In this document: one piece after another, positions 19,930 through 28,860 of the stretch | How the letters are laid out: each line of letters opens with the position of its first letter | Numbering within the stretch: the first letter of the stretch is position 1 | NCBI GenBank assembly: GCA_963663275.1 | Contig: OY760183.1 | Coordinates: 1,984,001-2,048,000, forward strand | DNA length: 64,000 nucleotides | Reading direction: 5' to 3' | Source of the DNA: Chloroflexota bacterium | Lineage (GTDB): Bacteria > Chloroflexota > UBA11872 > VXOZ01 | Program-made: the position numbers and the translations under genes | Notes under the pieces: generated by a model | Seen by the model: only the letters and a program-made list of their open reading frames with translations | Told to the model about the DNA's origin: nothing | Databases searched by the model: none

Positions 19930-20152
19930 GTTGAGAATGGAGCACGGGGCAGTCGCGTTCTCCGCAATTGGAGCAGCGCCGCGATTACCGGCGCGTTGCA
20001 GGCGTTCAGGGAGCGCGAACCGCGCGCAAGACGCCTCAAGCGCAGGTGATGTGCAGTACCGGCTCAATTTGGGAGACGGCACGCCCCGGAGATAGAACGA
20101 ACGCGCGTCTCAGGATTACTGCTTCGTAATGCAAGCAAGAGAGGAGATTCTC

Positions 20153-21373
20153 ATGTCCGAGCAGTCGAGAACGCTAACGAGACGAAAGTTCATTGGAGCG
20201 GCGGGCAGCATTTCTGTCCTGGCCGCCTTGGCAGCCGCGTGCGGCACGGTCTCCGTGACCAGCCAGGTGGCGGAGGAGGCCGCCAAGGAACTGCCCGTTT
20301 CCACGGCCAATTACGAAGTATGGGCCATGGACCAGGTGAACAACATAACGTACATAATCAACCCGCAACTCGAACTGGTCGAGACGGTTGACTTCTTGCC
20401 CGCGGGCCTCGAGCGCACGCACTGGATCAACTTCACCAGCGACCACAAGTACGCGTGGATCGCAAGTACGACCTCCGCCAACACGGCGGTTGTCCGGGCC
20501 GAGGACCGGAAGGTCATCGCCACGTTCGAGACCGGCCCTTCCAGCCACGCCGCCGACATATCGCCGGACGACAGCCGCATTCTGGTGTCGGCAATCGGCA
20601 CCGGCGAATTGGTGGAAATCCTGGCGGATCACGCCACGGAGACGTTTTCGATCGGCCGGACGCTCAAGATAGCCGAGGATCCGGCGATACAGGCGCGCGC
20701 CGCCGACTTCGGCGCCACCGATGAAAAGCCGCCGACGGCCAAACCGATTTCGGCCACCTTCACGAGGGACGGCCGGTACGCCTACGTCACGCTCGGTCCG
20801 GCGCTCAAGGACGGTGGGCTCGTGGTCGTGGACACGGAGACGTATGCGGTCGTCAAGGCGTATCCGGCGAGCGAAGTGCGGGCAAACCTGATGGGCGTGC
20901 TCTCCCCCGACGGCAGCAAGATGTACATCAACGGCGGCGCCAAGGACTCAATAAGCTTCGTGTATGTGTTCGATACGGCAACGCACGAGCTTATCGGCCA
21001 GGATTCCACACGGGGAGCCGACTCCCACGGTATGGCGCTGACCCCGGACGGTTCGGAGTTGTGGGTCACCAACCGCTGGACCGGCAACCTGGCAATCTTC
21101 GACACCGCCACAGACGAGTTCAAGGAGAGGATAGCGTTCGTGGGTGAGTCGCCGGACCTCCTGGCCATTTCGCCGGACGGCGTCTTCGCGTTCATACAAT
21201 TGCGCGGCTCGGGCGGCACGGGCATCATGGCGGCGGAAGGGGAGTCGCCGGGCATCGTGGTGGTAGCGGTCGAGACCCGGGAAATCGTGAGCATCTTGCT
21301 CGAACCGGAGGCGATGGATGACGGAGAACTGCCGAAACTGGACTACCACGGCATAGCGATTCGGGAGTTGTAA
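20153..21373 (+). CDS. YncE/YVTN-type beta-propeller lipoprotein, probable Tat substrate
   Basis: TRRKFI twin-arginine signal, LAAAC lipobox, repeated SPDG/TPDG blades. Confidence 0.82.
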   Translation: MSEQSRTLTRRKFIGAAGSISVLAALAAACGTVSVTSQVAEEAAKELPVSTANYEVWAMDQVNNITYIINPQLELVETVDFLPAGLERTHWINFTSDHKYAWIASTTSANTAVVRAEDRKVIATFETGPSSHAADISPDDSRILVSAIGTGELVEILADHATETFSIGRTLKIAEDPAIQARAADFGATDEKPPTAKPISATFTRDGRYAYVTLGPALKDGGLVVVDTETYAVVKAYPASEVRANLMGVLSPDGSKMYINGGAKDSISFVYVFDTATHELIGQDSTRGADSHGMALTPDGSELWVTNRWTGNLAIFDTATDEFKERIAFVGESPDLLAISPDGVFAFIQLRGSGGTGIMAAEGESPGIVVVAVETREIVSILLEPEAMDDGELPKLDYHGIAIREL

Positions 21374-21570
21374 ACCGCTTAGCATCTGTTCAAGCGGATA
21401 AGTTGACAGCGCGGCGGCCTGAGACTAACCTCAGGCCGCCGCGCGCCGCATTCCGGACCGTGGCTGCCGTGCCTGTCACCGGCTCTGAATATCGGCCTGC
21501 CGGGGCACATGTGCCCTGGCGGGAATTGCGGTAAGCTAGGGAAAACGCTTGCATGGCAGGAGGGTATGGC

Positions 21571-22482
21571 GTGCGCACACGGAAACTTGGCAAGAACGGC
21601 CCGGCGGTCTCGGTGCTGGGCTTTGGGGCGTGGCCGATTGCGGGCAAACTGGGGCCGGTAGCGGAGCGTGACGCGGTGACGGCAATCCAGCGGGCCGTGG
21701 ACGGCGGCGTGACGCTGATCGATACGGCGGAAGCGTACGGCTTTGGCCTCTCCGAGGATCTTGTCGCCAAGGCCGTCGGCCACCGCCGCGGCGAGGTCTT
21801 TATCGCCACCAAGGTCTTACCGGAAAACTGGCGCCGCACCGACCTGCTCGAGGCCGCCGAGCGCAGCCTGCGCCATCTCCAGACCGACTACATCGACCTC
21901 TACCAGATCCACTGGCCCAGCGACGAGATGGACTTCGGCGAAAGCATGACGGCCATCGACGACTTGATACAGCAGGGCAAGGTGCGCTACGCCGGGGTCT
22001 CCAACTTCTCCGCGGAGCAGATGCGCGCGTGCCTGGAGGTGCGGCACGTGGACTCGGACCAACCCCGCTATAACCTGCTCGACCGGGAGATCGAGGAAGA
22101 GGTGCTGCCGTTTTGCCAGGAGCAGGGCATCGGCGTGCTGGCCTATGCGCCGCTGGGACAGGGACTGCTCACCGGCAGCTATGAGGAAGACCACGTGTTT
22201 AGCGCGGACGACATACGCAGTGGGAACGAGCGGTTTTCCGGCGAGCAGTTCAGGCGCACGATCCGCATGGCGAAGAAACTGGCGGCCTACGCCGCCGACC
22301 ACGGCCATACGCTCATCGAACTCGACATCGCGTGGGTGCTGGCGCACCCGGCAATGACCACGGCGCTGGTTGGCGCCAAGAGTCCCGCGCAGGTGGAAGG
22401 CTGGCTGGGCGCGGGCGACTGGGAACTGACGCCGCAGCAGATGCGGGAGATCGACCAGATTGCCGCCGGGGCCAGGCTGTAA
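21571..22482 (+). CDS. Aldo/keto reductase
   Basis: IDTAEAYG, IATK, LQTDYIDLYQIHWP, GVSNFS, APLGQGLLTG. Confidence 0.93.
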   Translation: MRTRKLGKNGPAVSVLGFGAWPIAGKLGPVAERDAVTAIQRAVDGGVTLIDTAEAYGFGLSEDLVAKAVGHRRGEVFIATKVLPENWRRTDLLEAAERSLRHLQTDYIDLYQIHWPSDEMDFGESMTAIDDLIQQGKVRYAGVSNFSAEQMRACLEVRHVDSDQPRYNLLDREIEEEVLPFCQEQGIGVLAYAPLGQGLLTGSYEEDHVFSADDIRSGNERFSGEQFRRTIRMAKKLAAYAADHGHTLIELDIAWVLAHPAMTTALVGAKSPAQVEGWLGAGDWELTPQQMREIDQIAAGARL

Positions 22483-22509
22483 GCGGGCGCCGTATTGCCC
22501 GGCGTCGCG

Positions 22510-23574
22510 CTAGGAGAGCGGCCAGGCGTCCGGGTCCAGGCCTAAGTCGCGGGCTGAATTGCAGATCTTGCCCCACGTAGTCTCGTCGATGGGGATGCCG
22601 GTCTGTTCGCGTTCGCGCTGGGCGTAGTATTCGGGCTCGCTCGCAACCAGCACCTCGTCCACGCCCGGCGCCGGGCGGCTTGTCTTGACGTGGCCGATAA
22701 GCGTATCGATCTCATCGTAGAAGAACTCGGGATCCACGAACTGCCCGATGTCGTAGGCGGTCATGTGAACGCCGTTGCTGTCCACGCGCATGTCGCCTTG
22801 GGACATGCCTTGACCGCTCAGTCCGCCGCCGCAGATTTCATTCATCATGCTGAGCGCGGTGCCCTTGTGCCCCAGGGGGCCGCCCAGCGGCAGCACGGCC
22901 CCGCGCGGTTCCCTCCAGTAGTCGCTGGGCTTCGTGCTGGGGTTGCCTTGAGAATCGACGATCCAGCCCTCGGGCAGCGGCTTGCCTTGATTCTCCGCCA
23001 CGCGAATCTTGCCGTCGGCCACGGTAGAGGTTGTCAAGTCTACAAAGAACGGTGGGGCGTCGCGGCGGGGGGCGGCGAAGGCCAGCGGATTGGTGCCCAG
23101 CCGGCCGTCAATCCCGCCGAACGGCGCCACCTGAAAGCCCAGCCGTCCCGCGTTGACGAAGATCAGGCCGATCATGCCGGCCTGCGCCACCATGTGGGGA
23201 TATTCGCCCACTCTGCCGATGTGGCTGGTGTTGCGGAGCGATACGCTGGCTATGCCGTGCTGTTGCGCTTTCTCTATCAGGATGTTCGTGGCAAAGACCG
23301 CGCCTACCTGACCGAAGCCGTTGTGCGCGTCCACGACCGCGGTGCACGGGTGTTCGCGCACGATTTCCGGCTGCGCTTGCGGGTCCACCACGCGCTCCTC
23401 GCGCACGGCGCGCCAATACTGCTCCATGCGCACCACGCCGTGGGAGTCGTGGCCGTAGAGGTTGGACTGCACCAGGTGATCGGTGACGACTTGAGCGTCA
23501 GTGGGACTACAGCCCAGAGCGGCGAAGAAATCGTAGCCAATGCGGCGCATGGCGGCGGCGGTAACGGTAGGCAC
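22510..23574 (-). CDS. Ldh_2-family (malate/L-lactate dehydrogenase type) oxidoreductase
   Basis: GHDSHGV, HIGRVG, LGTNPLAFA, LPLGGPLGHKG. GTG start after AAGGA. Confidence 0.9.
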   Translation of the reverse strand: MPTVTAAAMRRIGYDFFAALGCSPTDAQVVTDHLVQSNLYGHDSHGVVRMEQYWRAVREERVVDPQAQPEIVREHPCTAVVDAHNGFGQVGAVFATNILIEKAQQHGIASVSLRNTSHIGRVGEYPHMVAQAGMIGLIFVNAGRLGFQVAPFGGIDGRLGTNPLAFAAPRRDAPPFFVDLTTSTVADGKIRVAENQGKPLPEGWIVDSQGNPSTKPSDYWREPRGAVLPLGGPLGHKGTALSMMNEICGGGLSGQGMSQGDMRVDSNGVHMTAYDIGQFVDPEFFYDEIDTLIGHVKTSRPAPGVDEVLVASEPEYYAQREREQTGIPIDETTWGKICNSARDLGLDPDAWPLS

Positions 23575-23605
23575 GAACGGTTCCTTTCGACTAAGTTGAA
23601 GACTT

Positions 23606-23640
23606 CCCCTCACCCCGGCCCTCTCCCTCAGGGAGAGGGT
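23606..23640. repeat. REP-like palindrome family D (CCCCTCACCCCGGCCCTCTCCC...GGGAGAGGG)
   Basis: Copies at about 25436, 33525 and 53531. Confidence 0.8.
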
Positions 23641-23962
23641 GTCAATCTGCGGCCAGGCCTGCTGTGGCAAGGCTCCTCAAACCATTACTGTCGCCTTAAC
23701 GTAGCGCGGGGGCTTGTCCCCCGCCGGAGCGTGCAGCACAAGTCGCGATCACCGGCGGTTTCGCATACGGCAAACCGATTCTACACATTGGCCCCACTTG
23801 CGCGCAGGTTGCAAACCTGTGCTACCGGGGATGCGTGACGCGGCATTTTCGCAATGAAACTCAATGCGACTGCGTTAGGCGTCACCCCGGCCTTCACGCC
23901 TGCTAGGGGGTGTATATTCGCTTGTCGGGCGCGGCGGCGCGTTTCCGGTGCGCGGTGTCCCG

Positions 23963-25027
23963 CTATGCGAGTTTCCAGGTGGTTGGATTGAGACCCAGTT
24001 GACGGGCATACGCGCAGAGTTTCTCCCAGGTGGTATCGTCGATAGGAATGCCCGTTTGCGTTCGTTCGCGTTCGGCGCGGTATTCCGGTTCGCCGGGAAC
24101 CACAATCTCGTCTACGCCGGGCAGCGTGCGGCTGGTCTTCATGTGGCTGAGCAAGGCTTCCATCTCGTCGTAGAGAGTCTCAATGTCCGTGAACTGGGCG
24201 ATGTCGTACGCCGTCATGTGGACGCCGTTGCTACTCACGCGCATGTCGCCCTGTGCCATGCCCTGGCCGCTGAGTCCGCCCCCGCAGATTTCCATCATCA
24301 AGCTCAGCGCAAAGCCCTTGTGCCCCAGCGGGCCGCCCAGCGGCAGCACGGCGCCGCGCGGTTCGCCAAAGTAGTCATGCGGGTTCGTGCTGGGCTTGCC
24401 TGCCGGATCGATGAACCAGCCCTCAGGCACGGGCTTGCCCTGGTTGGCGGCGAGGTAGATTTTGCCGTCGGCGACGGTGGAAGAGGTCATGTCCACCAGA
24501 AACGGCGCGGCGTCGCGGCGGGGCGCGGCAAAGGCCAGCGGATTGGTGCCGAGCCGGCCGTCCATGCCGCCAAAGGGCGCAACTTGAAAGCCCATGCGGC
24601 CGGCGTTGACGAAGATCAGGCCAATCATGCCCGCCCGCGCCGCCATGAGCGGGTACGCGGCGACCCGGCCCACGTGGCTCGTGTTGCGCAATGAAACGCT
24701 GGCCACGCCGTATTGCCGGGCTTTTTGAATCAGGAGTTTTGCGGCGAATGTCGCCGCTACCTGGCCGAACCCATGGCCTCCGTCCACCACGGCGGTGCAG
24801 GGATGTTCGCGCACGACTTCCGGTACCGCCCGCGGATCCACCCGGCGCTCTTCCCGCGCGGCGCGCCCGTAGCGTTCCATGTGGATGACGCCGTGGGAGT
24901 CATGGCCGTAGAGATTGGACTGCACCAGGTGGTCGGTGACAATCTTGGCGTCTTCGCGGCGGCAGCCCACCGCGGCAAAGAACTCGTAGCCAATGCGCCG
25001 CAGGGCGTCGGCGGTCACGGTAGGCAC
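23963..25027 (-). CDS. Ldh_2-family oxidoreductase (tandem paralog)
   Basis: Same motifs as, and colinear with, 22510-23574. Confidence 0.9.
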   Translation of the reverse strand: MPTVTADALRRIGYEFFAAVGCRREDAKIVTDHLVQSNLYGHDSHGVIHMERYGRAAREERRVDPRAVPEVVREHPCTAVVDGGHGFGQVAATFAAKLLIQKARQYGVASVSLRNTSHVGRVAAYPLMAARAGMIGLIFVNAGRMGFQVAPFGGMDGRLGTNPLAFAAPRRDAAPFLVDMTSSTVADGKIYLAANQGKPVPEGWFIDPAGKPSTNPHDYFGEPRGAVLPLGGPLGHKGFALSLMMEICGGGLSGQGMAQGDMRVSSNGVHMTAYDIAQFTDIETLYDEMEALLSHMKTSRTLPGVDEIVVPGEPEYRAERERTQTGIPIDDTTWEKLCAYARQLGLNPTTWKLA

Positions 25028-25117
25028 GATTGGCTCCTTTCGGCGGCGCGGTGCCGGCGGGCGCGCGGCTGCGAGAGTCTAACGGCTGTCATGGTGTTTT
25101 CGCCCGCGCCGGGATCG

Positions 25118-25411
25118 CTAGCCGCCCGGGTAGTCTGCGACCTTCTCCACGAGGGCGTCCACCGCGGCCTCTTCCATGAGCAACTGCGGCCCGTGGGGAA
25201 AGTCCGGGTGCTTGGCCGCGCGCCCTCTCCGTTCCAAGGCGCACTCCCAGCCGTCGTCATTGTGTTCGGCGCGGGTTATCTGAAGCACGTAGCCGTTGGC
25301 AAAGGGCACGGTGTAGCGTTCGTTGATGCGGAGGCACCAGTCGTTGGGCAACTCCTTGCGAAACGCCCGCCACCGGAGATCCGGTTGCCAAACTCTCTGT
25401 CGCACTGCCAT
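25118..25411 (-). CDS. Hypothetical protein (97 aa)
   Basis: ATG with GGGAG SD, coding-like composition, same strand as the Ldh pair. Confidence 0.6.
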   Translation of the reverse strand: MAVRQRVWQPDLRWRAFRKELPNDWCLRINERYTVPFANGYVLQITRAEHNDDGWECALERRGRAAKHPDFPHGPQLLMEEAAVDALVEKVADYPGG

Positions 25412-25580
25412 TCGTTTTGCTCCCTGTCTCTGTTTCCCCTCACCCCGGCCCTCTCCCCAGGGAGAGGGGGTCTCCGCGCCTGGCGGCGCGGGCGTTGGAT
25501 AGAGGCCTGTGGCGCATGTGGGGATGGGAAAGCCCGATGTGCTCACGAGACTATGATACTTTGCTGGGGAGCGGGCGTAT

Positions 25581-25820
25581 AGTCGCAGGTTGGAAACGTG
25601 CGCTACGGGAGAGGAAGTGGAGACGCAGGTTACAAACCTGCGCTACTGGAGGGGAAGCGGAGACGCAGGTCGGAATTCTGCGCTACCGGGACGGGAGCGG
25701 AGACGCAGGTTGGAAACGTGCGCTGCCGGAGGGGAAATGGAGACGCAGGTTACAAACCTGCGCTACCGGAGGGGACGAAGAGACGCAGGTTGGAAGCGTG
25801 CGCTATCGGGGAGGGGATAT
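25581..25820. repeat. 6 x 40-bp tandem array of REP family C (GACGCAGGTTACAAACCTGCGCTAC)
   Basis: Exact 40-bp period. Single copies at about 11727, 23802, 33685, 55404 and 61825. Confidence 0.88.
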
Positions 25821-25911
25821 GGAGGTGCGGATTGGGGGCGTGGGTGGGGGCTGAGCGCGTGTGGTTTTGCTCCCACGCGCCGCGCGGGATAGAATAGAGC
25901 AAAGTAGTAGT

Positions 25912-26082
25912 GCGCGACCAAGAAGCAGCGGGCGACCAAGAAGCAGCGCGTGACTAAGGAGCAGTGCGCGACCAAGGAGCAGTGCGCGACCAAGTAGCCG
26001 TGCGCGGCCAAGAAGCAGCGCGCGACCAAGTAGCGGTGTGTGACCAAGTAGCCGTGTGCGACCGAGTAGCGGTGCGCGACCG
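25912..26082. repeat. About 9.5 x 18-bp tandem repeat (GCGCGACCAAGNAGCNGY) in the tatB upstream region
   Basis: Direct repeats between a TAGAAT (25890) and the tatB start. Confidence 0.88.
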
Positions 26083-26123
26083 GCGCACGATTTGTGTGCG
26101 ACTTCCGTAGGGAAAGAGCGGAT

Positions 26124-27380
26124 ATGTTCGACATCGGCCTGCCGGAACTTATGATCATCTTGGTGCTGGGCCTGGTCCTGCTGGGGCCGGAGCGGCTGCC
26201 GGGCGTGATTCGCCAGTTTACGAGAGTTATCCGCCAACTCCGCTCGGGCTACCGCGACGCGATCGCTACGTTCAAGGATCAACTCGGCGACGTGCAGGAA
26301 GACATCGACGCCATACGGGGTGAAATATCATCGATCCAAGGCGAAGTCCGTTCTACCGCGGAAGACGTGCAGAAGGACGTGGAGAAAGTGGAGGGCGAGG
26401 TCAAGACTGCGGGCGAGGACATTCAGCGCGGTCTGGACGAGACGGCAAAGGAGGCCGCCGGCACGCGCCCGGACCAGATGGGCGCGGAAGCCAATGCGCC
26501 GCCGGTTGCCGCCGCCGCGTCCGCCGCGCGGCCCAATCTGAAAGACCGGGGCGCCGCCTGGACTCCCCAGGCGGCCCAGTCCGGCGGCGGCTCGCCGCTG
26601 CAACAAGACCTCTTTGCCGGGCTGATGCGCAGTCTCCAAGCGCGGCTCGGTGACGATTGGCTCAGCGAACAGGCGGAAATCTATCGCGATCTCGGCGCGC
26701 GCGCCGCCGAAAGGAACGCCGGAGACGAAGAGGGCGTAGCGGCGCTGGTGCGCTCGTGGGCGGACATGCACCGGAACTCGCTGCCCGACGGCAGCCTGCA
26801 AATCATTGAGACGGGCCGGGATTACCGCGTGCGCATGCGCCAGTGCCCGTTTAGCTTTGCCGAGACCGACGACGTGGCGCTCTGCCGGTCGTGCGGCGCG
26901 TACGACCTGGCATTCCTGGAAGAGCGCGCCGCCGAGGTGACGTGGGAATCGCACCTGACGGCCGGCGATCCGTGGTGCGAATTGGTCTTTGCCAAACCAC
27001 CCCCGCCGCCCAAGCCGGAACCGGCGGCAGCAGATGAAGCGGAAGCCAAGGGCGCGGTAGGCAACGGGGATGCGGGGCCTGCCGGCGATGACGCGGCGCA
27101 GTCTCCGGAGCCAGAGAAAGTAGTGGCGAGCGCGGTGGAATCCGCCGCCGACGGCTCGGAGTTTCGCGCCGTCGCGCAGGCGTTCGGCGGCGCTAAGGAC
27201 GAATCGCCCGCGCCGGACGGCCCGGCTGCGGAGGGAGAGCAGTCCGCCGCAGCCCCGGCGGAGGCGCAACCGGCGGACGCCCACGAAGAATCCGCGCCGG
27301 CGGCCGTTGCGGAGCAGCCGGCCACGGCCGGCGAGACGGACGGCCAAGCAGACTCCGCCAGGAAAGAGCCTGCCCCATGA
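26124..27380 (+). CDS. tatB: TatA/TatB-family translocase subunit fused to a Cys-containing V4R/ATC-hydrolase/SufR-like domain
   Basis: MFDIGLPELMIILVLGLVLLGPERLP N-terminus; central CPF...LCRSC...DLAF...HLTAGDPWCELVF. Confidence 0.85.
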   Translation: MFDIGLPELMIILVLGLVLLGPERLPGVIRQFTRVIRQLRSGYRDAIATFKDQLGDVQEDIDAIRGEISSIQGEVRSTAEDVQKDVEKVEGEVKTAGEDIQRGLDETAKEAAGTRPDQMGAEANAPPVAAAASAARPNLKDRGAAWTPQAAQSGGGSPLQQDLFAGLMRSLQARLGDDWLSEQAEIYRDLGARAAERNAGDEEGVAALVRSWADMHRNSLPDGSLQIIETGRDYRVRMRQCPFSFAETDDVALCRSCGAYDLAFLEERAAEVTWESHLTAGDPWCELVFAKPPPPPKPEPAAADEAEAKGAVGNGDAGPAGDDAAQSPEPEKVVASAVESAADGSEFRAVAQAFGGAKDESPAPDGPAAEGEQSAAAPAEAQPADAHEESAPAAVAEQPATAGETDGQADSARKEPAP

Positions 27381-27973
27381 AGGTGGAGACCTTCGTGCGG
27401 GGACCGCTCCTCAACAACGTCTACCTGCTGTGGGACGAGCGGAGCAACGAGGCGGCCATCATCGATCCCGGCATCGGCAGCGACGATCTGCTGCGGAACA
27501 TCGAGGACAAACAACTGCAACTTCGCTATATCCTCAATACGCACCGCCACTTCGACCACGTCGATTGCGATGAGGTATTCCGCGAGCGGACCGGCGCGCC
27601 GATCGTGCTCCACCGCTACGACGCGGCGATATTAGAGGAAGAATTGGGAATCAAGGCGGACGTGCTCCTGGCCGGCGGGGAGGAGTTGCCGTTAGGCGGT
27701 CTTTCGATCCGCACGCTGCACACGCCGGGCCACTCGGCGGGCGGCATGTGCTTCCTGGTGGAGGACTGCCTCTTTGCGGGCGACACGCTCTTTGCCGGTT
27801 CGGTGGGCCGGAGCGATTTTCCCGATAGCGATGGGGCGCTCCTGCTCAAGGCAATCGCCGAGAAGATTCTGCCGCTGCCCGACGCCACCCGCGTCCTGCC
27901 AGGCCACGGCGAAGCGACGACGGTAGGCGCGGAACGCGCCCACAATCCCTTCCTACTCGGACACGCGAGCTAG
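27377..27973 (+). CDS. MBL-fold metallohydrolase (glyoxalase II-like)
   Basis: THRHFDH, HTPGHS, AGDTLFAGSVGR, PGHG. Start overlaps the tatB stop (ATGA). Confidence 0.92.
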   Translation: MKVETFVRGPLLNNVYLLWDERSNEAAIIDPGIGSDDLLRNIEDKQLQLRYILNTHRHFDHVDCDEVFRERTGAPIVLHRYDAAILEEELGIKADVLLAGGEELPLGGLSIRTLHTPGHSAGGMCFLVEDCLFAGDTLFAGSVGRSDFPDSDGALLLKAIAEKILPLPDATRVLPGHGEATTVGAERAHNPFLLGHAS

Positions 27974-28035
27974 CGGATACCACCCAATGCCGACGGGAAA
28001 GACTCTGGCAATCGAGAAGAGGAGTACTATCCGGC

Positions 28036-28851
28036 ATGAATAGCAAAGAGACGCACGAGCACGACCACGATCACGAGCATCACCAGGGGCGCTCGCTCAT
28101 TGCCCGGCAGCCGTATCGTCCGCCGCCGTGCGAGGCGGATGAGGACGAGGCAGGAGCGGCCGGGGCGGGCGAACCCGGCGCGCTCGCCCACGGCGGCGAG
28201 ACCCACGGCCACGCCGGCGACCGCGACCATGTCGAAGAACACGACCACGGCCACGCTGGAGAGCACGATGCGCACGGGCACGACGAGCATCGGCATGGGG
28301 ACGCGGCGGAGGCGCACAGTCACGACGCGGCGGCTGCGTCGTCGTCACCGGACGAACATCGCCAGGCCGGCGCGCGGCAGTTTCCCTCAATCGAGTGCGC
28401 GGTGATAACGGTGAGCGACACCCGCACGGAACTCGACGACAAGTCCGGCGCGCTCATCCAGAGCATGCTGCAAGAGGCCGGGCACGAGGTCGTCGGCTAC
28501 CGGCTGGTGAAGAACGACGCGCAGCAGATCACCCAGGCGCTGACGCACATGCTGGCGGGACGGGCGCGGTTCGTGATGCTCACCGGCGGCACCGGTCCCG
28601 GCACGCGGGACATTACGGTGGAAACCGTGCAGTCGCTGCTGGAGAAGGAACTTTCCGGCTTTGGCGAGTTGTTCCGCATCCTGAGTTACGAGGAGATCGG
28701 CGCCGCCACGATTCTGAGCCGCGCCACCGCCGGCCGCATCGGCAACAAATTCGTCGTCTGCTGCCCCGGTTCGTCCGGTGCGGTGCGCCTGGCGTTGAGC
28801 GAGATCCTGATCCCGGAGTTAGCCCACATTCTGCGTGAGATGAACCGGTGA
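28036..28851 (+). CDS. moaB: Molybdopterin adenylyltransferase MoaB/Mog with His-rich N-terminal extension
   Basis: AVITVSDTR, DKSG, TGGTG...RDITVE, GFGELFR, SRATAG, PGS. Confidence 0.88.
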   Translation: MNSKETHEHDHDHEHHQGRSLIARQPYRPPPCEADEDEAGAAGAGEPGALAHGGETHGHAGDRDHVEEHDHGHAGEHDAHGHDEHRHGDAAEAHSHDAAAASSSPDEHRQAGARQFPSIECAVITVSDTRTELDDKSGALIQSMLQEAGHEVVGYRLVKNDAQQITQALTHMLAGRARFVMLTGGTGPGTRDITVETVQSLLEKELSGFGELFRILSYEEIGAATILSRATAGRIGNKFVVCCPGSSGAVRLALSEILIPELAHILREMNR

Positions 28852-28860
28852 GGTAGGCAC

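Noticed and set aside
25581-26082. Possible CRISPR array
   Set aside because: The units are degenerate tandem repeats without unique spacers, the 40-bp unit is a dispersed REP, and there are no cas genes.
25763-26282. Minus-strand ORFs with hexapeptide repeats (VAHxxL / LLGRA)
   Set aside because: These are translations of the 18-bp array antisense to the tatB start, with no convincing SD.
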